Source: an uncultured Verrucomicrobiae bacterium (lineage in GTDB: Bacteria; Verrucomicrobiota; Verrucomicrobiia; Chthoniobacterales; Chthoniobacteraceae). Taken from it: DNA of 64,000 nucleotides. Below, piece by piece: positions 11,034 to 19,654 of the stretch; position 1 is the first letter of the stretch, and each line of letters starts with the position of its first letter. The translations under genes were made by a program, and so were the position numbers. The stretch lies in NCBI GenBank assembly GCA_963828525.1, contig CAWHEP010000009.1, positions 224,001 to 288,000 of the forward strand, given 5' to 3'. The notes under the pieces are model-generated. The model searched no databases. It was not told the DNA's origin and saw only the letters and a program-made list of their open reading frames with translations.

Positions 11034-12591
11034 CTCCCGCGGCTGTACCCGTATCTTTCACCTTCTTAATTCCCCAGCGCTCCCGGCGCGTCATGGGATC
11101 ATCAAACCACTCCGCCCAATTCGTCTCGACGGCAGTGACGAGGTCGAAGTCCGCAAGCGCTTCGAGATAACTCGCGCGCGCTTGAAGCTCCGTGCTACGG
11201 GCGGTTGTTAGAGCAACCTGAGAGTTTAAGACATCCAGCTGCGTGCCCGCTCCGGCGGCGAGCCGTTCGTTTGCCAGGCGAAGGGCCTCAATCGCTTCCT
11301 CAACCCCCTTGCGCTGGCTTTGTAACGTTTCCCGCGACACTTCGATGGCCAGATACGCCTGCTGCACCTGAAGTTCCACAAGATGAACAGCGTCATCGTA
11401 ATTCGCGCGCGCTTCCTCCAACTGCGCGCGAGCCTGTTTCACCAGGCCGTAGGTGGCGCCTCCGTCAAAAATGGCCCATGTGCCTGTGACACCAAAAAAG
11501 TATCCCTCGACGGTCTCGTTCAATTCCTTTGAGAGCGAATTATTACGAACTTCGTAGCCGGCATCCGCGTTCAACCTTGGCTGGTAACCCGCGAGCTGTA
11601 CCTTTATGTTCTGCACATCGATGAGAATGGATTGCCGCTGCACTTTCAAAGACCAGCGATGCGCCTTCGCCTCGGTAAGAGCCTTATTGAGGTCGAATAC
11701 CTGATCGTGAACCATCAGGTTCCCCACGGCGTAAAAAGGCACGTAGTCAGGGCGGCTCTGGTCAAAATCGATATTCATCAATTTAGCCAGCGTCAGCTCT
11801 GCCACCCGGTAATTATTCTTCGTCTGGATCAGGACGGGCTCCTGGTTGATCAACGCGACCTCGGCCTGTAGAACGTTGAACCGCGGAACGGTGCCCGCCT
11901 CGAAGCGATTTTGTTGATCCTTAAGCTGATCGCGCAAAAGACGGACGGATTCCTCCTGCACCTTGATAAGCTCGCGGTCCAGGAGAACGATATAGAACTG
12001 CTTGCGGACGTTATCGATGACGGAATCCACCGTGTCGCGCAGAGTGAAGAAGCTGTTGTCCTTGGTGAGTTTCGCGATTTTAAGAGCCGCGCTTACCTGT
12101 CCGCCCGAATAGAGCAACTGGGTTGCCTCGATGGTGACATTCCAACTCCTGTTCTGAAGGCCCGAACCACCGGATGTCGTCGTTGTGCCTGCTGTCGAAG
12201 AGGCGGTCGTGCCACTGGTTGACGCCGGGGTCGAAGATGTCACACCCGTTGTCGACGCGGCTGAAGTTCCAATGCCGTTGCCAGAATTGGCAAGCGAAGA
12301 TCCACCTCCGCCCCCGCCGATCAAGCTTCTGTCCTGCTGCGTGAAATCGCCCGTCAGATTGAGGTGCGGCAGCGCTTCAGCGCGCACCTGGATGATAAGG
12401 CCCTCTGTGCGCTGGATCTCCTGTTCGGCAACGATGATGCTCGGGTTGTGCTGAACAGAGTAGTTCACGGCATCGTCCAGGGTCAGCGCGGGGTTGAACG
12501 CATATTGCGCCTTCTTCGTGTCGCGCGAAGCCGCGCCCCCGAGAGCAGCGGCACTCCCGAGGATCCAGATGAGAATCCAGCCTGATCTCAT
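10993..12591 (-). CDS. TolC family outer membrane efflux protein
   Basis: Signal peptide, LTLDDAVNYSVQHNP, two OEP repeats (RFEAGTVPRFNVLQAEV; RLAAGAGTQLDVLNSQV). Confidence 0.92.
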   Translation of the reverse strand: MRSGWILIWILGSAAALGGAASRDTKKAQYAFNPALTLDDAVNYSVQHNPSIIVAEQEIQRTEGLIIQVRAEALPHLNLTGDFTQQDRSLIGGGGGGSSLANSGNGIGTSAASTTGVTSSTPASTSGTTASSTAGTTTTSGGSGLQNRSWNVTIEATQLLYSGGQVSAALKIAKLTKDNSFFTLRDTVDSVIDNVRKQFYIVLLDRELIKVQEESVRLLRDQLKDQQNRFEAGTVPRFNVLQAEVALINQEPVLIQTKNNYRVAELTLAKLMNIDFDQSRPDYVPFYAVGNLMVHDQVFDLNKALTEAKAHRWSLKVQRQSILIDVQNIKVQLAGYQPRLNADAGYEVRNNSLSKELNETVEGYFFGVTGTWAIFDGGATYGLVKQARAQLEEARANYDDAVHLVELQVQQAYLAIEVSRETLQSQRKGVEEAIEALRLANERLAAGAGTQLDVLNSQVALTTARSTELQARASYLEALADFDLVTAVETNWAEWFDDPMTRRERWGIKKVKDTGTAAGDVLRDGRKRPRAN

Positions 12592-12592
12592 A

Positions 12593-13060
12593 TTATTTCT
12601 TACAAACGCGCATAATCTTTTCATAAATCTGGAGCCACGCGCGCTGTTCGGTAGCGCTCAGAAACCCCATAAACTTCAGGACACCCTCTATCATATCCTC
12701 CCGGATGCTAGCCACCAGCGATAATCCGCCCTCCGTAATCTCGACCATTATTTTCCGTCTGTCCTCGTTCCCATGCACGCGAACCGCATAACCAAGATTC
12801 TCAAGGCGATCCACGAGGCCAGTAGCGGCGGCGGTGGTGTGCCCCATACGTTGCGCGATCTCAGACATCGTCAAAAACTTCTGTTGAGCGAGATATCCAA
12901 GTAAAAAATACTGTGGGAAAGACACATTCCCCTTGGACAACTCCCGGGAAAGATTAAGGAGGAAACACCTTTGCAAGGTCGTGAAGATGTCCGCCAGCTT
13001 CTCGGCATCAGCGCGCATATCCGCTTCATCCCTTGCTAATTCCATAACTGTTAAGGGCAT
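12593..13060 (-). CDS. MarR family transcriptional regulator
   Basis: wHTH LTMSEIAQRMGHTTAAATGLVDRLENLGY followed by DRRKIMVEITEGG. Confidence 0.93.
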   Translation of the reverse strand: MPLTVMELARDEADMRADAEKLADIFTTLQRCFLLNLSRELSKGNVSFPQYFLLGYLAQQKFLTMSEIAQRMGHTTAAATGLVDRLENLGYAVRVHGNEDRRKIMVEITEGGLSLVASIREDMIEGVLKFMGFLSATEQRAWLQIYEKIMRVCKK

Positions 13061-13089
13061 TTATATATTAGAAGACTTTAGCAAGTCAA
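13059..13089 (-). promoter_or_regulatory. Putative sigma70 promoter of marR-tolC with an overlapping inverted-repeat operator
   Basis: Minus strand TTGACT-N18-TATAAA. The inverted repeat GACTT-tagc-AAGTC (13074-13087) overlaps the -35 box. Confidence 0.5.
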
Positions 13090-13103
13090 CGAAGTTCGCG
13101 CTT

Positions 13104-13463
13104 CTACTCGTACACGAGATCCCCTTTCTGGGGAGCGCCTTTTACGATATCCGCGATGATAAAGGGGCTGTTCCGCTCCGGGCTGACACTCAGGATGGAC
13201 GTCTCGTTCCCATCCCGAAAAGTCTTCAGAGCAATGCCCACGCTGGGGTATTCTATCGTCTGGATGTCAATGAGCACGAACGCGAGCTTGTCGTTCACCA
13301 AGGCCACTCTTCCGACGACTCTAGGCGCTGCTACCTGAGAAACAGCGGGGGGAGGAGCCGAGGGCTTGTGGGTAGGGCTCAGTCCAGAGCAGCCATCGAG
13401 GGAAGCCACACATAAGAAGCAACACACCAGCGCTACCAGAAAGCAGGGCACGCCCGGAAGCAT
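13104..13463 (-). CDS. Hypothetical exported protein / lipoprotein
   Basis: Hydrophobic N-term ending SLDGC, a Pro-rich linker, then a small beta domain (VGRVALVNDKLAFVLID...IIADIVKGAPQKGD). Confidence 0.65.
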   Translation of the reverse strand: MLPGVPCFLVALVCCFLCVASLDGCSGLSPTHKPSAPPPAVSQVAAPRVVGRVALVNDKLAFVLIDIQTIEYPSVGIALKTFRDGNETSILSVSPERNSPFIIADIVKGAPQKGDLVYE

Positions 13464-13504
13464 GATTTGGAGAAGGCCCGTGTGGCGAGACGGATCGCAG
13501 GAAT

Positions 13505-14266
13505 CTACTGGATCCAAATACCGCGAAGAGGGGCGCGGACCACGGGATTGTCTGGGACCGTGGGCCAACGCGGCGCGTAAACATCACTGGAGGGCAGCAA
13601 ACGCATGGCGGCAAGCGTGTCCATGTCCATGCGTCCCGTGCGGTTTAGATCGAACCGGGTTTGGTAAGCTATCAAAGCGCGCGTAGTGGACGGGCTTGCC
13701 ACCCCATCCAGCGGATCCTTGTAGAAGCCACTCCGAAATAACACAAGTTGCGCGCGCTTCAGAGTCTCGGCCTGCACTCCCTCCGGAGCGTTCTCAAATG
13801 GAGTACGCGCGAACAACGAGGTGTAAGAAACCTTCGCGGACACAGGGCGCGCGGGAGGCCGTGCTGGTTGATCTTTCTCCTCCCGTTCTGGGGGAATCAC
13901 ACGATCCCCTGATGGAAGCCGCCGGTCGGCGCTGGGCACCGGCGGAACGGATTTCTGGGGAGGCGACGAGACTCTGGGAACAGAGGGGCTGTGATAGGAC
14001 GCAGGCTGCGCGGCTTTCTTACTTTTTCCTGTCTGGATTGAAGCAAGCGTCTCAGGAGTAAGCGCGCCGGTGACGGGAAGGCCGTTGCGAATTTGGTAAC
14101 GCTGGACGGCGGAGGTCGTGTCGGGACCAGGCTCACCATCCACTTCGCCAAAGAAGAAACCTTCCTGTTTCAGCTTTCGCTGCGCGAGTTCAGTCTGGCC
14201 ATCACCGTTGCCGATGCACGGGGTCAAAGCCAGAATGCACAGCCATGCGTAGCCGCTCGCGCGCAT
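13505..14266 (-). CDS. Peptidoglycan-binding domain protein (two PG_binding_1 domains)
   Basis: Signal peptide, then AQRKLKQEGFFFGEVDGEPGPDTTSAVQRYQIRNGLPVTG and AQLVLFRSGFYKDPLDG...ALIAYQTRFDLNRTG, joined by a Pro-rich linker. Confidence 0.88.
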   Translation of the reverse strand: MRASGYAWLCILALTPCIGNGDGQTELAQRKLKQEGFFFGEVDGEPGPDTTSAVQRYQIRNGLPVTGALTPETLASIQTGKSKKAAQPASYHSPSVPRVSSPPQKSVPPVPSADRRLPSGDRVIPPEREEKDQPARPPARPVSAKVSYTSLFARTPFENAPEGVQAETLKRAQLVLFRSGFYKDPLDGVASPSTTRALIAYQTRFDLNRTGRMDMDTLAAMRLLPSSDVYAPRWPTVPDNPVVRAPLRGIWIQ

Positions 14267-14272
14267 TCAGGA

Positions 14273-15058
14273 TCAGTTTGCGGTCACTGGATCGTTCAGA
14301 CTGGCCAGCTTCGGCCTGGAGGGCAAAGGCTGAATCCTTTGGTAATTGACTATGCCCTCGGCAATGGCCCCAGCCAGTCGCTGCCGATAGTCCTCGTTAG
14401 TCAGAAGCTGGGCTTCGAGCGGGTTGCTGATAAACCCGCCCTCCACAAGCACTGAAGGATCACGGACATTACGCACGACATAGAGGCTGCGGCTTTTGAT
14501 GCCCCGATTGGGGACATCCAGCTTCATGACCATGGAAGTCTGAATAAAGCTCGCAAGACTCTCTCCATTGTCGAGCTGAGGCATCTTCGGTCGAGTAAAG
14601 AGGCCCATCCACATCCACGCGTATTCCGGCATTACTTTCTGATCCGCGTAATAAGTCTCCGCGCCCATCGCCGAGGATTCACTGGATTGGTTGAAATGGA
14701 TGCTGACGAACATCGCGTTGTCGATCTTGTTCGCGATCTGGGCGCGATCCGCGAGGGAGACATAGACATCGTCGCGCCGGGTCAAAACGACAGGGAAATT
14801 TGCGCTACGCAACATCTTCTCAAGCCGCAAGGCCACATCAAGCGTGAGGTCCTTCTCCCGGAGCCCATGAGACACAGCGCCATCATCGTGACCACCATGT
14901 CCCGCATCCACCACAATGGTCGGCAAAGCGCCCTGTGAGAGAGAAGCCTTGTCGCGCTGTGAATCGGAGTCCGGCACCACCACGCAGGTAAAACAACCCA
15001 GAAAAACCACCAGGCCGACACAGGGCATGCAATGCCTCATACGGATATTCTGCCACAT
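14273..15058 (-). CDS. N-acetylmuramoyl-L-alanine amidase (Amidase_3)
   Basis: IVVDAGHGGHDDGA, EKDLTLD, LTRRDD, FVSIHFN, SVLVEGGFISN; N-terminal hydrophobic segment. Confidence 0.93.
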   Translation of the reverse strand: MWQNIRMRHCMPCVGLVVFLGCFTCVVVPDSDSQRDKASLSQGALPTIVVDAGHGGHDDGAVSHGLREKDLTLDVALRLEKMLRSANFPVVLTRRDDVYVSLADRAQIANKIDNAMFVSIHFNQSSESSAMGAETYYADQKVMPEYAWMWMGLFTRPKMPQLDNGESLASFIQTSMVMKLDVPNRGIKSRSLYVVRNVRDPSVLVEGGFISNPLEAQLLTNEDYRQRLAGAIAEGIVNYQRIQPLPSRPKLASLNDPVTAN

Positions 15059-15116
15059 CCCCCAATTTAATCCAAGGGATCGTTTCGCCTTCGCCGAAGG
15101 CAGCTTCCGATGACCT

Positions 15117-15941
15117 CTAGAGCGGGCGCGTGGCATCTGAACCGGCAACCTCATCGCTCGACACCGCCGCAACGATGCCAGCCACCTCCATCACGCTGAG
15201 CGGACGATAACAGGCTGGCCGGGAAGAGCTCCGCTCCAGCAACGCGCCTTCGACGGATGCAAGCGCAAGCCGCTCACGCAGACGCGCCGAGATCGCTTCT
15301 TGAGTCGGAAGTTCTTCCGACGAGTCCGCCGCGAGAGCGATGTCGCCGACGCTCCACGCGCCCAGCGCCGCTTTCGCCGCCTCAATGAGGGAGGGATTTT
15401 CAAGCGCTCTGCCTCCCAGATATTTCTCCATGAGCGCCGTCGAGGATCTCGTTCCAGAAATGACCCCAAATTCCTCGAAGGTCCGGGCAAGCATCCCGCC
15501 ATTGGTATGCATAGAGCCGTCATATTCAAGGCGTAGGAAGAGATTTGCTTCACCCGGGCGGCCAAGCTCCGCGAACAAGAGCCGGGCAAGGTATGGAGCG
15601 CCGTAGACCTGCTCGAACGCGCTTTTCAGAGCAGGGCTCAATGAGTAGGCGGAAAGGCGCCGCAGCGAAACGTCGTTGACAGAGCGAGCGAAGCCTTCGG
15701 TGCTTGCCACCTCGATCGCGGCCATCCTAAGCCGCTCAATGTCGCCCGGGTGTCCAATCGCGCCCATTGCGATCCGGTCGTATATCTCGAAGATTTTGCG
15801 GCGCTCGCGGCCGAGGGTCAGGAAGAGGATGCCCTCCTGACAGGCGATGCAAGCAATCGGGCTGCCAGTCGCGAGCTGATCCTCGATATATTCACGCCGG
15901 TTGGAGATCGCCTCCACCCACCTGTAAGGCTCCTCAATCAT
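15117..15941 (-). CDS. prcA: 20S proteasome alpha subunit
   Basis: PYRW...RREY...GSPI...GILF...RKIFEIYDRIAMGAIGHPGDIERLR, matching the bacterial PrcA pattern. ATGA-coupled to prcB. Confidence 0.92.
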   Translation of the reverse strand: MIEEPYRWVEAISNRREYIEDQLATGSPIACIACQEGILFLTLGRERRKIFEIYDRIAMGAIGHPGDIERLRMAAIEVASTEGFARSVNDVSLRRLSAYSLSPALKSAFEQVYGAPYLARLLFAELGRPGEANLFLRLEYDGSMHTNGGMLARTFEEFGVISGTRSSTALMEKYLGGRALENPSLIEAAKAALGAWSVGDIALAADSSEELPTQEAISARLRERLALASVEGALLERSSSRPACYRPLSVMEVAGIVAAVSSDEVAGSDATRPL

Positions 15942-16744
15942 GAGATTCGGGACTTATAGATCGCCGCCAGTTCCTCGGGGGGCAGAGTTGAGATGCCTTC
16001 GCCGGAAACAATTTTCACGATGGGGTAGCTCCTCCCTCTCCGATCCACGCCTCCTGTCGCGGTGTCGGACTCGGCCGCCGTGTCAAGCGCGCGCAGGGCA
16101 AGAATCACGGCCTCTTCGCGGGCGAGCTTCGCCAACGTCTGGCCGCCCCAAGTGTTCTGATAGTATAAGACACTGCGAACCGCGGGGGAACCAGATCCTG
16201 TCGCCGCGAACTCCGCCACCTCAAACTGAGCTCCCATGGCATCGTAAAAATAAAGGCGGGCAGAATCCCTTGCGATATCGAAGGTGGCGAAGATCGGCAC
16301 AACGACGCCAATCCCCTGCATCACCATCCCGAGGTTATCGCGCAACAATTTGGAGAGCGCGCGCACCTTGCCGTCCACGCTCATCTCCTGAAGCTGGCTG
16401 CGGCGGAAGAACTGAAACGAGTGCTCCAAGGCCCGGGCCATTTCCCAAGCCGTCGCAGGTACGCCGGCGATCGCCATCAACGAATGACTGTCGATTTCAA
16501 TCACTTTATCCGCGTGTTCGTAGACCACGAGATTTCCGGCGGTTGCCCTCCGATCGCCCGCCACAAGAATCCCACCTTCAAACTTGAATGCCAGGATCGT
16601 GGTCGCCTGCGTTTGCTGGACGACACCCGGATAAGAAGCGGTATGCGGAGCTGAGATGGACGGACGCAGGCTCTCACGGCGCAAGATATCCATGAAATCG
16701 CCCGTGAACGCGCCGCGCGACGGGTCTGACCCGGCCTCCATCAC
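15938..16744 (-). CDS. prcB: 20S proteasome beta subunit with propeptide
   Basis: Propeptide followed by TTILAFKFEGGILVAGDRRAT...ADK with Thr1/Asp17/Lys33 in register, plus ATGSGS and SDTATGG. Confidence 0.94.
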   Translation of the reverse strand: MMEAGSDPSRGAFTGDFMDILRRESLRPSISAPHTASYPGVVQQTQATTILAFKFEGGILVAGDRRATAGNLVVYEHADKVIEIDSHSLMAIAGVPATAWEMARALEHSFQFFRRSQLQEMSVDGKVRALSKLLRDNLGMVMQGIGVVVPIFATFDIARDSARLYFYDAMGAQFEVAEFAATGSGSPAVRSVLYYQNTWGGQTLAKLAREEAVILALRALDTAAESDTATGGVDRRGRSYPIVKIVSGEGISTLPPEELAAIYKSRIS

Positions 16745-16917
16745 TGCCCCGTACGCTGCCGGTAACGCTTGGACTGGTTGGGATCGACCTTCCGCATGCG
16801 TTCAAGAAGATCGCGGGTGTCCGGCTTCGAAATGTCCGGCGCCTTCGGGCCGCTACTGTCACCCTCCTTCGGGCCGAGCGGCACTGGACTGATTGGTCTT
16901 TGCGTCCTTTCAGGCAT
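16741..16917 (-). CDS. ubact: Ubiquitin-like protein UBact (58 aa; not in the ORF track)
   Basis: Hand translation: MPERTQRPISPVPLGPKEGDSSGPKAPDISKPDTRDLLERMRKVDPNQSKRYRQRTGQ. It has the UBact C-terminal R[T/S]G[E/Q] signature, and its TGA overlaps the prcB start. Confidence 0.93.
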   Translation of the reverse strand: MPERTQRPISPVPLGPKEGDSSGPKAPDISKPDTRDLLERMRKVDPNQSKRYRQRTGQ

Positions 16918-16994
16918 GGATGGAATTTACGAGAGGTTGGAAAAAGCGCAAGCAAACGGCATGAGTGTTGCATTTCCGCGCGAAAACACACAGA

Positions 16995-17525
16995 ATGGGC
17001 CGGATGTCTCGCTCAATCCCCATCTGGATAGCGCTGGCGATGCTGAGCGCGCAAGCGCCGATCATTTCAGCACAGGACGCGTCGAGAGCGGGGGCGCCCA
17101 CGACAGGAACCCCGGCCGCGCAGGAAATGCGGGCGATCCGGCAACTACTGGAACAGCAAACGCGGCAGTTGGAGACGCTCACTCAGCAGGTTGCCAAGCT
17201 GAATCAGATGGTCGAAAGCTCGCACAGTATCGCGCCCCTGCCGAGTCCCGCCGCGCAAGACATGCCTCCCTCGTCCGCGCAGGAGCCGAATCCTGCCGCG
17301 GCAGGCACGCCAGAGCCTCCCCGGGCCGAACTCCCGGACATCGGCACAACCCACATTGTCACGCGCGGGGAAACGTTGACCTCCATCGCGAAACAATACA
17401 AAGTGACGATCAGCGAATTGCAGAAGGAAAATAAAATTCAAAACGATCGAAAACTTCAGATCGGGCAGACGCTCACGATTCCATCGCCCAAAAGCATGGA
17501 CCCCCACAAGAAGGAGAAGCAATAA
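16995..17525 (+). CDS. Secreted LysM peptidoglycan-binding protein with coiled coil
   Basis: Signal peptide, coiled coil, Pro-rich linker, and LysM HIVTRGETLTSIAKQYKVTISELQKENKIQNDRKLQIGQTLTIP. Confidence 0.9.
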   Translation: MGRMSRSIPIWIALAMLSAQAPIISAQDASRAGAPTTGTPAAQEMRAIRQLLEQQTRQLETLTQQVAKLNQMVESSHSIAPLPSPAAQDMPPSSAQEPNPAAAGTPEPPRAELPDIGTTHIVTRGETLTSIAKQYKVTISELQKENKIQNDRKLQIGQTLTIPSPKSMDPHKKEKQ

Positions 17526-18022
17526 TGGACGATAGTCAAAACTGGTTTCTTATGAAACATGATGACGGGAGCGTCTTCGGCCCTGTGAACTTTGAGCAAC
17601 TGTATCAATGGGCTTTGGAGGCGCAGGTTTCTCCTCTGGACAAGGTCTCGACTGATGGCAAGTCCTGGATGAAAGCCCCAATGGTTCCGGAACTCGAGAT
17701 GGACTATCTGGTGGAGGTCAGTCCCAATCATTATTACGGCCCCACTACCGGCGGAGCGGTGAAAGAGTTTGTGCGGATGGGGGAAATCACCTCGGATTCC
17801 GTCGTGACGAATTGCCGCAACGGTTCGCAACAAACGGTGCGCGAACTTCCCTCGTTGAGAGAAGAAGAGCCTATTCGCACGAGTATCCGACTCAGTTTGC
17901 AGCAGCGCGTCAGAGAGCTGGAAGAGGCTCTGCTGGAAGAGCGGCGCGCTCGTGAATCGGCCGAGGCGCGCTGTGAGAAACTCGAGGCGCGCCTGTCGGA
18001 ATTCTCCGCGGAGCCCTACTAA
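17525..18022 (+). CDS. Protein with tandem GYF_2 (DUF4339)-like domains and a C-terminal coiled coil
   Basis: WFLMKHDDGSVFGPVNFEQLYQW...W...VPEL and a second repeat YYGPTT...GEITSDSVV, then SLQQRVRELEEALLEERRARESAEARCEKLEARL. TAATG-coupled to the LysM gene. Confidence 0.7.
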   Translation: MDDSQNWFLMKHDDGSVFGPVNFEQLYQWALEAQVSPLDKVSTDGKSWMKAPMVPELEMDYLVEVSPNHYYGPTTGGAVKEFVRMGEITSDSVVTNCRNGSQQTVRELPSLREEEPIRTSIRLSLQQRVRELEEALLEERRARESAEARCEKLEARLSEFSAEPY

Positions 18023-18069
18023 AAAAAGCGCTCGTCAAGACACAACGCTGATTCACCCATTGGGCCGGA

Positions 18070-19473
18070 TCAGGTCTCCATCTCGAGGAATTCGCGCATC
18101 TCGGCATGGTAGTCGTCGAACGGATCACCCATGACCAGGTAGTTCCGCGCGTCAAAGGCAACGGAATCCCAGTTGATGATGTAGGGCCTGCCACTAGTCT
18201 GAAAGTACGCGACCGCTTCGCCGCGGCCCCTGGCTCGCGTGGTCTGCGGAGGCACTCGCATCGTCTCGATTTTTCTGGCGCTGTCATTGAATTCGCCGAT
18301 CGTTTTCGCGGGCCGCAGTCCAAAGAACAGCCCTGTGGATTGATTCAGGTTGTGGTATTCCAAATCCAGGCTCTGCATCCACGGATCCTGCCATGAGATG
18401 CCTTCCTTCTCCCTGAACATGTCAAGAAGCCATTTCTTGGAAATCCAATCCACCCCCCCGATCAACAACTCCGGTTTGCTCCGCAGCGCGTCCAACGTGA
18501 ATTGCCAGCTCTCAAGCGTCCAATCCGTATCCGCATCGGCTCCAGAAAGGTGACGGCGGGCGCATTCCAGAATCTCATACTGAATATCGAGAGCGTCCCG
18601 AGTTCTGCCGTCTTCGAGCAACACCACGCACCTGCCGGTGCCATCCCGTGAGATCTGCCTCGTGGCAAGCACCGCGTCTGAAAGGATGACGTTATCCGGG
18701 AAGTCTCCGTTTTCGAGAAGGGTGAGCAGGCAAGTAGTCGTGCCTACCTTCAATGCCGTAGCGAACGGGCTCATGTTGGAATCCCCGATCAACAAATGCA
18801 AACGGCGATATTTGCGATGGTCAGCCAGCGGTTCATCGCGGGCATTGATGATGGACCGGTTGAACTGCACCCACTGGTAGATGTCGTTCACGATATGGTC
18901 GGCCCTCTGGCTGATCTGAAAATCGACGATGTCCTCGTCTGCGGGCGCTTCGAAATCGAAAGCCAGAGGATTGGCCCGCCCCACGCGGCCTGCTCCGGTG
19001 AATAATTGGCGTGTGGCCAGGAACGAAAGGAGCGTGCCCAATACCTCCGGGGTAAACTGCGCGGAGCGTTTCATGAGGTAGTTCTCATGGCAGCCAAAGG
19101 TCGCCCCGGTGTGATGATCGATGTTGTTTTTGAGAAACGCCACGTGCTCGGCGGCACCGAGTTCTTCCACAGCGCCCTGCAGCAGCATGTCTCCCGCAAG
19201 GTCGTAAGCGACCATATCCTTCAGGCTCAAACATTCAGGGGAGGAATACTCCAGGTGGCCCATGTCCATATACAACCTGCCCCCGTTCAGAAGAAAACCC
19301 CCGTTTCCCGGAGGCTCCTCGTAATCCCGGTAGTGCAGATCGATGGCGCCTACTCTCGACTTGCGAAAGAGATGATTCTTAACGCGGACAGGCCACGATT
19401 CCGAGCTCCCGCCCGGTTGGCCATCGGAGATTAGACACCCGTATTCGGTCTCAATCCCTACGATTCTGTTCAT
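18070..19473 (-). CDS. pafA: Pup/UBact-protein ligase family (PafA/Dop superfamily, ligase-like)
   Basis: MNRIVGIETEYG, FLLNGGRLYMDMGHLEYSSPEC, KNNID, GCHENY, QISQRAD, RDEPLAD...RRLHLLIGDSNMS, LDLEYH. True start is ATG at 19473, not the ORF-track start. Confidence 0.85.
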   Translation of the reverse strand: MNRIVGIETEYGCLISDGQPGGSSESWPVRVKNHLFRKSRVGAIDLHYRDYEEPPGNGGFLLNGGRLYMDMGHLEYSSPECLSLKDMVAYDLAGDMLLQGAVEELGAAEHVAFLKNNIDHHTGATFGCHENYLMKRSAQFTPEVLGTLLSFLATRQLFTGAGRVGRANPLAFDFEAPADEDIVDFQISQRADHIVNDIYQWVQFNRSIINARDEPLADHRKYRRLHLLIGDSNMSPFATALKVGTTTCLLTLLENGDFPDNVILSDAVLATRQISRDGTGRCVVLLEDGRTRDALDIQYEILECARRHLSGADADTDWTLESWQFTLDALRSKPELLIGGVDWISKKWLLDMFREKEGISWQDPWMQSLDLEYHNLNQSTGLFFGLRPAKTIGEFNDSARKIETMRVPPQTTRARGRGEAVAYFQTSGRPYIINWDSVAFDARNYLVMGDPFDDYHAEMREFLEMET

Positions 19474-19535
19474 GCCGCAACGTTCGGTGAGGAGCGACTG
19501 GCGAACAAGCGGAAGTTCCTTCGGCGCGGGGAACA

Positions 19536-19654
19536 CTACCGATCCAATGCCCGGAGACGTGCTCACCTTCGCTATAGTGATCGCCCACGCAAAGATGCTC
19601 CTCGAAATACTCCCTGGCATTCTTGAGGTTGTGTTGGGTTTTCGGTGAGAGCAT
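19536..19654 (-). pseudogene. N-terminal stub (~40 aa) of a MOBF/TrwC-type relaxase
   Basis: MLSPKTQHNLKNAREYFEEHLCVGDHYSEGEHVSGHWIG matches the TrwC N-terminus pattern (A.EY...GDYY.EG...G.W.G). Similarity stops after WIG, and DYY reads DHY. Confidence 0.75.
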
